The notes under the pieces were generated by a model. It did not search any database. It saw only the letters and a list, made by a program, of their open reading frames with translations, and was not told the origin of the DNA. Shown one piece after another: positions 40,601 to 52,600 of a stretch of DNA of 64,000 nucleotides (the first letter of the stretch is position 1; each line of letters begins with the position of its first letter). The DNA comes from Haliotis cracherodii (Eukaryota): the NCBI RefSeq assembly GCF_022045235.1, contig NW_027266308.1, positions 22,010,001 to 22,074,000 on the forward strand, given 5' to 3'. Both the position numbers and the translations under genes were made by a program.

Positions 40601-43600
40601 CCTACAGATGTACCTATTCGTGTTATCAACCCAACCTAGAGGTTGTCTCTAAATGTATTTACCTATTCGTGTTATCAACCCTGCCTAGAGGTTGTCTCTA
40701 CAGATTTACCTATTCACGTTATCAACCCAACCTTGAAGTTGTCTCTAAATGTATTTACCTATTCATGTTATCAACCCTACCTAGAGGTTGTCTCTAAAGA
40801 TGTACCTATTCATGTTATCAACCCTGCCGAGTTGTCTCTAAATATATTTACCTATTCATGTTATCAACCCTGCCTAGAGGTTGTCTCTAAAGATGTACCT
40901 TTTCGTTTTATCAACCCAACCTTGAAGTTGTCTCTAAATGTATTTACCTATTCATGTTATCAACCCTGCCTTGAAGTTGTCCCTAAATGTATTTACCTAT
41001 TCATGTTATCATCCCAACCTAGAATGTGTCTCTACAGATGTTCATATTCATGTTATCAACCCTGCCTAGAAGTTGTCTCTAAATGTATTTACCAATTCAT
41101 GTTATCAACCCAACCTAGAAGTTGTCTCTAATTGTATTTACCTATTCATGTTATCAACCCAGCCTTGAAGTTGTCCCTAAATGTATTTACCTATTCATGT
41201 TATCATCCCAACCTAGAATGTGTCTCTACAGATGTTCATATTCATGTTATCAACCCAACCTTGAAGTTGTCTCTAAATGTATTTACCAATTCATGTTATC
41301 AACCCAACCTAGAAGTTGTCTCTAATTGTATTTACCTATTCATGTTATCAACCCTGCCTTGAAGTTGTCCCTAAATGTATTTACCTATTCATGTTATCAT
41401 CCCAACCTAGAATGTGTCTCTACAGATGTTCATATTCATGTTATCAACCCTGCCTAGAAGTTGTCTCTAAATGTATTTACCTATTCATGTTATCATCCCA
41501 ACCTAGAATGTGTCTCTACAGATGTTCATATTCATGTTATCAACCCTGCCTAGAAGTTGTCTCTAAATGTATTTACCAATTCATGTTATCAACCCAACCT
41601 AGAAGTTGTCTCTAATTGTATTTACCTATTCATGTTATCAACCCTGCCTTGAAGTTGTCCCTAAATGTATTTACCTATTCATGTTATCATCCCAACCTAG
41701 AATGTGTCTCTACAGATGTTCATATTCATGTTATCAACCCAACTTTGAAGTTGTCTCTAAATGTATTTACCAATTCATGTTATCAACCCAACCTAGAAGT
41801 TGTCTCTAATTGTATTTACCTATTCATGTTATCAACCCTGCCTTGAAGTTGTCCCTAAATGTATTTACCTATTCATGTTATCATCCCAACCTAGAATGTG
41901 TCTCTACAGATGTTCATATTCATGTTATCAACCCTGCCTAGAAGTTGTCTCTAAATGTATTTACCTATTCATGTTATCAACCCAACCTAGAAGTTATCTC
42001 TAATTGTATTTACCTATTCATGTTATCAACCCTGCCTTGAAGTTGTCCCTAAATGTATTTACCTATTCATGTTATCAACCCAACCTAGAAGTTATCTCTA
42101 ATTGTATTTACCTATTCATGTTATCAACCCTGCCTTGAAGTTGTCCCTAAATGTATTTACCTATTCATGTTATCATCCCAACCTAGAATGTGTCTCTACA
42201 GATGTTCATATTCATGTTATCAACCCTGCCTAGAAGTTGTCTCTAAATGTATTTACCAATTCATGTTATCAACCCAACCTAGAAGTTGTCTCTAATTGTA
42301 TTTACCTATTCATGTTATCAACCCTGCCTAGAAGTTATCTCTAGAGATGTGCCTATTCGTCTTATCCAATATGCCTAGAAGTTGTCTCTAAAGATGTACC
42401 TATCCATGTCATGCCTTGAAACTACTATATTACCCCGTTGGCAGTTAACAATTACAAACAAAGATATATGGTTTACATATTCGCTTTGGTCTTTACTGAC
42501 CACAAAACTAGTCTGACTAATCACGTTGAAAGAGATGCCACAGTTCCGGATTCCGGCGACAACACCGGTTGTGATATGTCAGTGTGACACGGTTATACAC
42601 TGAGCAGGACTAACAACTACATGACACTAATTTCCCTTACACCAGTGTCCAGTTACACTTGAAAGGCGGACGTAATATTAATACAAAATCTTCCTCCAAC
42701 ATTTAACGGAATGCATAGAAACATTTTATCTCACGTGAATGATGACACAAGCCGACTTGATACACATGTTCAGTGAACGCTCGATAATCCAGACCCTGTT
42801 ACTCGGGAAAAGCCATCTTCCGTGTGGTTACTGTTGGGACGGACCTTATCATGTTGAAATCATTAGTTAATCCGGACGATTTTACTAGAAACGATTTGGT
42901 CCGGATCAATAAGGTTTCATTGTATGGGGAGACATACAATTAACGCCACTCCATGTTTACTCTCATATATCCTGAAACACTGACACATGATATTGATCTC
43001 ATTGGTAAAATTAAACAAAATTTGAAATAGGACGGTATTATTCTAGATGGGCGTGAGTACAAGTGCACATCAGATGATACACAGATGCAGATAAAACAAT
43101 TGAAAGGGGACTTAGAAACTATTGTCATGGACCATGTTATTAGATAAAAACAGGATACGATTTTTAAAAATGGCTATTTCATGGAAACAGGTAGTCAGCT
43201 GTGCTTAACTTTTTTCTATGGTTATATAAGACCTGTTTGACAAGTGTTTCTGCATGCGTGCAATACATACTACACATATATGAAGAAAGATGCTGTTTTA
43301 AATGTGAAGACTGTATTGAACATGTTTTACCTTTATGACCAATATATAACGACTAGAGGGCAACCCTTCCTACTTCCTGTAGCTTTACTCTTCCCTACTT
43401 TAACGCTATTCTAATTTAACGTATATTAGCAAACCCAGATCTTGTCGATTGTGTTGCCAAAACCTGCTATGGAATTTTAATTAATCATTAACCTCCGACA
43501 GATGTTATATATGGATAATGTATGTGCACGTTTATGTATATAAATACATTAGAGTATTTATGTTAGATATACTGTGCATGAGCAGCAATTTTAGTCTCCT

Positions 43601-46600
43601 TATAAAATGACATTTTATGTACATTTACCAACTTTGTTGTATTCTCTCTCATAGATCTCGGACCGCCTTCTTGGTCTGCGGCATGGTATCTTACTTACTT
43701 AAATTGGGAATTTAACGTGCGCTTTCCGACATTTCGCGCACGGGCCCGCCAGGCCATTTAGTGTTTGGTTGAAAAGGGTATGTCTGGAAAGGTGAGGCAA
43801 CCTAGGTGTTTTTTTTAGGGTTGCTTACTTAATTTGGGGAACAAATTTGGAATTTTGAAATATGCCATGCAAAAGGTGGAGGGGTGAGGACTAAAATGGA
43901 GTTTGTGTGTTTTTATAGGTTTAAAATTGTAGGGTTTAATGGCAGCTTGTTTGTTGTACTTTTTATAATTGCAGCCAAGTAGGCCTGGATTTGGAGTGTT
44001 GTTCTGTGTAGCTGGTAATGTCTGCAATATAGTATTATGTGTTCAGGCGTTTCTTTTAAGTTGCAGTGGGGGCATTTACCGGTTTGGTGTTTTTTAATTT
44101 GGTGTGGGTGGGAGTTTAACTTAGTGTGGCCTCTTTGTAGTTTAGTTATTAATCTGTCAATGTTTTTGGTTTTATGATGGATTTTTGTTTTTGGAGTGGC
44201 ATTTGTAGCAGGTGTTTTAGTTTGCAATCAGATTTCTGATAGTTATTTTGCCTCTTTTTGGAAGATTTTCTCCTTTGTGATATGTTAAATTCGGTTGTTT
44301 TTTATATATTGGTAGGTTGATTCATGGTATCTCACCGAGCTAGCACTACATATCGGCATCAGTCCGGACTGGTACAAACAGCCACACACACGTGCATGCA
44401 CGTCGCTATATAAGTGCAATAATCTTGGACGCGACGTTAAACCCAATTTCACCTCACCTCATAAATCTGTGCGATTGGTCGTAGATGTTGTTGTCATGCA
44501 TGTATATAATCTCGCTTTTTACCGACAGACAGACGGGACATGAAAAACCCGTCTGTCTGTCTGTCTGTCTGTCTGTATAAATATGGCACAATATATGTGT
44601 TTGTTTGGGCGGTGGTGGAGGGGGGGGGGGGACTTACCGGAGTATTCATGGCGTCGTGCATGGCCGATCACGCCGCAGAAAGTCGTCCCCGTTGTTACCC
44701 CAATTGACACTCTTCTGAAAGAGACAAAAGAACGCCGCCCTTTACAAGGTGTCACGCGGTCAAATTAACACAAAACCACAGCTTTATTGTCTTCAGCTAT
44801 GTTTATTTAACGGTAAAATATTGACAGTGTGTTGTAAAAACATCGCAGTTTTGAGAGACTGGGAACGTAGTATCGTTTAAATGTAAAATTAAACTGACTA
44901 TTTCTTCGTTTCCTTGTCGAATGTACATGCCAATTAGACATAGGTTGTAAGCACATCAATCCATATGTAACCTACAGCCGTTTGATTTAATGTTTGGACA
45001 AAACGTACTAAAGTTCGTTATGGATAAGAAAGTAGTGACAATTTATGCATATCAACTTGCTGTAAAGCCGACGTTTCGGTATAGATCCTTGACAACGGTA
45101 TAAGGATCTATACCGAAACGCCGCCTTTACAGTAAATAAAGAAGTTGTTATCCATAAATTGTCTCTTCTGAGTCATCCGTCAACTTCTAAGTAATGCCTA
45201 TCAAACAATTCGTGTTGGATACGTAGGAAATAATTCAACACATACTTGTATATCAAAACATGTGGTCACGTTATGTGTATAACATTATTTAACATACGAC
45301 ATAAATAAACCTCAGCGTTATCAAGTCCCGTGACCAATGTACTTATATAATTATCCTTCTATGTATGGTCAGGGCCGGTGACACGGTGATCGAGTTAGCA
45401 TGGAGACCCCCTGACACGAAGTGTGAGGCTCTGTTTGAGTGGATGTTGCTATTTTGTTTAATTACACAATTCAAGAACGAAGCACAAATTGTGCTGTTTT
45501 AAAGGAGGGTTTATTTTATGATTTGGTAATTCGTGTTCAGTCGTGTAATTTTGTGTAAAATACACTACCAGATAGAGTCGTAATACTTTACTTTTAGTAT
45601 TCCAATCAGCGTGACCCGGACGATGTGTATGCATAATACAGATGTGTGTGGATATGGGGTGGGGGCGGAGTTCTAGCCTGCACCCGCACCCCAACCACCT
45701 CTGGTCCCGTGCATGTGAACCTCAATTTAACTCCGTTATCGATTACTGAGAACGCATTAAAAATACCGCGTTAAAAAATACGCCGAGAGGGCAATATTTA
45801 GTCAAAATTAAGACAGCATTCGGTTGAGACACTCGCTCAGCTGAGCTACTTGTCATGCAAATAGTTTTTTATTCATTTTTAGTTAAGGTTAATGGTGACC
45901 TGTTCTATCTCGCAACCTTACTGGTTTTTTTCACTTAATTCTTTGGTGAAAAGACACACTTTTCATACTAACATATCCCGTCAATTAATGCAGAATTGTA
46001 ATTAAAGCAAGTTATTCATAGTATACACACTATACAAATAAGGACATTTTATTGCGTTGCTGTTGTAGGGAAGTATTGGGTTATCAGTAAGGTCATTTTT
46101 CTAAACCTGTGTTTACACACGTGTCACCACCGGCAATTGTTGGTGTTGTACAAACTCACAAAGGGCAGTTCGACCAATCTAAGATGTCTTTCATAAACGT
46201 CCATTCAGAGGAGCTTATAGTCCGCCTCAAAGCGGTCACACGGTATATAGTTGGGCGCACATACCCCTTCTTTACTTAACTAAGGATCGATAAAGTCACC
46301 ACAGCACGATGAAGTCGTGACGGGAGATCTTAGTTTGACACGCTACCCAGAACCCAGCGGTGCCCTGTGTTGTTTGTGATTAGTCCAAGCTATGCCGCTG
46401 ATTAGTGTCAGGTTTTAATACACGCTAAACCGGTAATGGTTTAATCTTGTGTAATTCTAGAACATCTGGGAAGAAGGGATTTATCGCGACCCACTGACCC
46501 GCTGGCAACGAGTTGAGACAGGAGGCATGGCTATGCAGAAGAGTGCAGTAACGGGGCCATCTTGACAAAGGACACTTAAATATATACCTGACGGATATGT

Positions 46601-49600
46601 TGCGCTCCAGTGATTTTTAGAAGGACGTGCATGGTTGGATTACATGTTCCTGTTTTGAGCTTTCAGTGGGAAGGCTCAGTGTTGTTTTTCTCTGCTGGGA
46701 AGTTGTTGTGCCTAGCGACCACTGCTCCTGTGCAAGTCCAGGTTTCATTATGAGTAGTATTGATAACCGCGCCACAGGTGAAGCGAGTCCGATAGATGAC
46801 GACGAGTGGTTCAGGACTCCGCCCACCTCGCGCTACCAGTCGTCTGCTAGCCTCGCCAGCAGCGCGAAGAGTGTGTACCTGTCCGCTTTGGATCTGTTAG
46901 ACGGGGCAAGCGAGATGGATATACCAGAAGACGACGACGTTGAGAGGGGAGGGCCGTCCCAGAACGGGGAGGCGGGTAAGACTGAGATTTACTACTCCCC
47001 CCTGGGAGGAAGCGACGAAGATGAGAGACACGACGCGAATGACGATCCGTACCACGTGTCTGAAACAGCCCCCCTCACGAAAGCCGAGGTCGTAGAGGAC
47101 GCCGTAGGAAAAGTTGCCGCCCCCGAGGTTGGTAGTAATGAGGGTGTATGTGATTGTTGTTGTCTCATGTGCAATCTTCACCATAGAGCAAAACAGGTGA
47201 TCGATTCAAAGTGGACGTATCTTATTTGTGCACTGAAGTGCAGTGACCTGAATTGTCCCAACTATGACAAGCTCGGTCAGGATGAACTGTTTTCCTGGTT
47301 GGAAAACCACAAAGAGGGGGACAACAACATAGAATTCGTGCAGAGGTGTTATCGGAGGGACAAGCCTTGGTGTAATACTATTCAAAAGGAGCAGAGTCAG
47401 CTATTTTTCTTCTTCTTTCTGTTAGTGAGAGACATTTACAAACTGTCGGCCTGCGATAACGGACAGAACATCAAACATGAAACCTACCCGCACCACGACT
47501 CCTTCTTGAAGTGGATGCAAGAACTGGAACACGTCCTTGAAATCCTCCTCCAAGCTTCATTCACTCATGTAGATTCATCAGATTCCGATTTGGAAAAAGT
47601 AGAACGACCGTACAGCGTGCTTCTGGCGATCAAAGAGACGCATAAAAAGAAGGACTACATCGGTATCTCCTTCGAGGACAGTGGTCTGGACCCAGCGGTG
47701 GATGAAATCAAAATTCTTCAAAGAAAGTTAGCCGGAACGCCGACAACTCTGCAGAAGGTGTTTGCCACGGGAGCCATCATTATGTTTTTGGCCGACATTG
47801 GCACCGATGTCTTCCAAGTGGTGACGTTTTACAAAGAAGGTATATCGATGTGGCCACTAATGCTGTTCTTTGTCATCGCCCCATCTCTTCTGAGCAGCGT
47901 GTTGTGTTTTTTCCAGATTTGTAAAGAGAAGACGACTACAAAAAAGGACAAGAATCTTAGAAGACTGGGAATGGTCCTGGTATCGCTACAACTGGGGCAG
48001 GTCTGGAGGAACATCTGTGAGATCTGTGACCGCTACCCCATCGTGGACAGTTACATCGTCCTCAGTCTCCTCATCATCAAGATGATAGAGGGTCTTCTCG
48101 AAGGAGGACCACAGTCCTTGATACAGACGTACGTCCTCCTAGACCATCCCGTGGAAACGTTAACGTTTACAAATATCCTAAAAATTTTGTCTCCATTTCT
48201 GTCCTCCATTAGCATGGCAGCTGCTTTAACAGATCTTGATCTGGGTAGAGCAGGATACTGCATGCCAACGAAAGCTAGAATTCTATCAGTGTTGTGCCGC
48301 TTGGGTGAAGTGTGGGGGCGATTTTTAGCCTATGCCGTGTGTTTCTCGGCTTTCGGGTATTATGGATTTATATTGTTTGGTGTCCAGTGTCTTTTTCTTA
48401 CCATCCCAACCTACATAGCATTGAGGAGAGACCATACTGAGAACAGCAGCCAGCAGGTGAACTGTGTGTACCTTCGTTGCAGGTACGGCGGATTTTACCA
48501 GGAGAAACCCACCAAGTTGTTCACTGCCAAGCTGCCCCGTCTCATAGTGTGGCTGTGTATAACCATGGTGTATTCATTCGTACCAATCCAAAGGTTCGAA
48601 CTGGACATGGAATTCAATCTGACCCAATCGAGCCGTCCGCCGTTCTGGAAGTGTAGCAGATTATACGGTCTATACAATGTCATTTATGCCCTGCACATGC
48701 TTGTGAACATTATTGCGTTTACCCTGTGGGTTACTATTGGCGGGGGACCATCTCAGCAACTGTTTATTCCAATCTGTGTCATGTTCATACTGGGAACCGT
48801 TGTCTCGACAGCCTTTAGGATGCAATCCTGGATGGGGAGAACCTACAAGATTGCGCTCAGACCAGGATTTGGGCCTCCTGTGTGAAAGTACGGGCTCTCA
48901 ATCGTACGTCAGCCTTCGTTACGAAAATGTATGGACCCGTGAATATCCAGGTCTTCACCAACCAATGCTTGCCGTAAGTGGCGACTAACGGAATCGGGTG
49001 GTCAGGGTTGCTGACTTGCTGGTTGATGCATGTCATCGATCCCACTTGCGCAGATTGATGATCATGATGTCAGGCACTGCAATGTATGCCCCAGACTCGA
49101 TTAATTTACAGCGTCAAAACAAAGTCAACAAACAAGAACAAGTATGATTTAACTCCTTATAATCCGAAGATCGGCATAGCAACTGTCGGGAACACGGCTG
49201 GCCAGACGGTGCACCTGAAATGGGCTCCACACGTGGGGAATCGAACCCTTGGCTCGATAGGTAACCTAAGTTATATTACCAATATACGGAAGTATGAAGT
49301 ATGTTAGTAAATGATGGACGCATGGATACCCTGTAATGTGAATACGTGTTTGACCTCTCTAGTATTACTCAATGCTGTGATAAAATAGTAAATCGAGTAT
49401 ATTATAGGGAACACTTGCATTGGTTGGCACTGACATGTACAGTGCCTGAACCAGTCGTGTAGATCACGGAATAGACGCATTGTAGTTTTAAACTGGTGAC
49501 GAATGTGTCAAACTATTAGGTTACACATAAAATGTCTTTCGTATTTACAAGCCGTATTCTTTCATCGTACGAAATGTATCTTATGTACTGGAGATACAAG

Positions 49601-52600
49601 ACCGACACGGACAGAAGTTTACCTGCAGATTTATATCTATGATAAATATATAGAAAATCCAAGAATATAATTATTTTCATCTAAACAATATAAGTATTGA
49701 ATATCATCAACTTCTCAACCTCAAAAATGAGGTATTTGTGACCACTGAATAAGTTCCGCGAATGAAAGAGAAAACAGCTGTTCACAGTCGATCAACCAAT
49801 ATCACGTGTGCATGTTAAGGGCCAGGTATTCCACGTGATTAGCCCTAACCGGGAGCATGGCACATATATTGTTGTTGAGAAACTATATCACGTCACACCG
49901 GAGCTTTACAGGTCGATTCTATGTTTTAATCAATGAAATCGATCGTTTTGTTAGCGCTTTTCATCTGTAACTCAACACAGGAAGTGTTTTGTTCACCCGA
50001 CATGAATAAAGATTGTGAAAGAATGTCATTGTTTTGTATGTTTCGATCAGTTATAATTTTAAGCATGTCCTGGTGGTGTGAAAACTATGATTAAATCGAT
50101 TTTCCGTCCTGCTGACTCCGCTGAAATGAACCAGCCTACTCGATACGAGGTAAATGGGCAATTCATTAGATAATGGTTTGAGAAATGATTATTACAAAAC
50201 GAATTATCGGAATTCCAAGGCAACCACAGTGCAGTGGGTCCCAAACAAGGTTTTGATTCACTTGATCAGATTACATTTATGAATTGCCATGGTAACCTTT
50301 ATATAAGTTTATACCGGTTTCAGATAACCTTCTTAGGTCGTTACGAAACTTTAACAACCACCATGGTAATATGATGAGAAGTAAGTTGTCTGAAGGCCGC
50401 GTTGATCATTATTGAACAGTATTTCAGGCCTGTCAGCTTCGCGTGGGAGGAAAGCCTGGAGTGAGTGTCTCTGACCTCGACCACCGCCACACCCAGCATG
50501 AGTGTGGTACTAACAACCCAAGAATCTCAACATTCAAACCATCTTCCTAAGCAAAGGAATGAACTGACTTTATACGTCCAGTTTCCACCCTTGCCTAACT
50601 AACTGACTTGAATTATGGAGTTAAATTTTGGCTAGATAGCATTTGTACCGCCACCTCGGCGTCAACATATTTTCCAAATTTTTTCATGTTTCATCAAGGT
50701 GTTCTCGTGATTTGATGCAGTTCGCGAATTAAGACACGTTTTATTACAATATGGATCTTGATCATCAATCTGACCGTTTGACTGGGCGCCGCCATTTTGA
50801 TTGAAGCAAATGCAAGTGATATGAGAGGTGGAATCTGATTGGTCAATGGGAGGGGCATAGAAGGGACATAAATCGTAAATAGCCACTGGTGGCATAATGA
50901 TCGAGCCCAGATTTTCCAGCCTAGTTCGACAAGAATGGAAACTGGAATTTTACAGTCAGTTAACTCCCATTCCTCGAGAAGACGCATTCCTACGTGTCCG
51001 TTATCGCGGCGCCATAGACCTCTGGACCACTCAGTCGCCCGTCATCAGAGAAAGTTGGATGGGGATAATGAAGAGAGGGGGGACTTGGTTCTGAGGGAAG
51101 GATCTGATGATCAGGCTCGGTGACCTGGTTGATTGCCTGTCATCGCACCAGGACTTCACCTATTGTGTGATGCACCGTATCCGGATTAGTGTGTACAAAA
51201 TCAAACATTGCTGTCGACTTACTGTATCCCTGGTAGCTTGTCAATGACCGTCTTCATCTTGACGGAGTTCTCGAGCGCATGCGCACAGTCCCGCTCGTGT
51301 TTAAAGCCAGGTAGACCAAATATCACCAGAAATGTACATCCCTGGAAACAGATGCCCATGCTGTAAAGGTGTACCTGGTTCTATTTCAATGCACCATTCA
51401 TGTTGATCTAAGTCGCGTTTGGGTATCCTAGTGGTTAAAGCGTTCGCTCGTCACGCCGAAGGCCCGGGTTCGATTCTCCACATGGGTATAAAATGTGAAG
51501 CCCATTGCTGGTGTTCACCGCCGTGATATTGCTGGAATATTGCTAAAAGGGGGCGTAAAACCATACTCACTCACTCATGTTGATCTACACTTCGAATTAG
51601 CTTTGCCTCGCTACACATGTCGTTTTCCCATAAGTATGGACATCGATATGTTTTCTTCTACCCTATTAAGCATCACTTGTAAGTTAATGTTATCTGGGGT
51701 GTATCTATCTTGTCATAAAAAAAAGGTACAGCTTTGATTGTCCGTGTTCTCAGATCTGTCAATTTCAACAGTCAGTTTCAAAATGAAACATCTGAAACTA
51801 AATATAAATATATATATCGTCACGGTATGTTTCTACGAACGTCATAACAGGTCATTTATAATACTGCTGCCGTCTACAGAGGGGGAATTCCAGTGTAACA
51901 CATTTAGGTCAAGAGCCTTTTTTATCGGTCGATAGACCCCTTTAAACGAACAAGAGTCAGTTTATAAGTCAGTTGATTGATTGATTGTAGAGGTAAATGC
52001 CAGTGACTGATCATTGTTAAACTTCCTTTTTATCAATATTACAATGGGACGCTAAACATTGGCCCTACACATTGTGCCTGTACACTCACTTATAATGTTA
52101 CAACCCGGAACTGTAGGTGGTAGATTGTGTCTCCCATCCCTATCCCTAAGGGCATGTTTGTGACCTGATTCAGATTCCCACCTTATCAAACAGGAAGATC
52201 TTGTTAAGGGAGCCATGGACGACTTTGATGTGACTGAAGACGACGTCGAAGATCTTCTGGAGTTGTTCCGTGCTGTTGACGTTGTCATCCAGTACCAGGT
52301 TCATGAAGACGATGGACACCTGCCTCATCTCAGACAGGAACTCCAGTGGCTGGTTGTCATCGATCTGCGGGGGATCACAATGAGTGAGTGAGTGAGTTGG
52401 GTTTAACGCCGCTTTTAACAGTATTCCAGTTATATCACGGCATGTCAGCTTAATGTGGGAGGAAAGCCCGAAGTGATGCAGGTCTCAGACGTTTACCGCT
52501 TCGGTGAAACCCACGAGCACGGGTATGGTGCTGACAAAGGGGGATCACAGAGTTTCAAGACAGTGATGAGTATGCATTGAGATTATTACACATGTGAATG

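Noticed and set aside
40450-42003. Repetitive ORFs
   Set aside because: Products of the 48-bp minisatellite.
46627-46749. GTG-initiated 41-aa extension of the XKR ORF
   Set aside because: Eukaryotic context favours the first ATG at 46750; an upstream exon spliced at ccag (46740) cannot be excluded.
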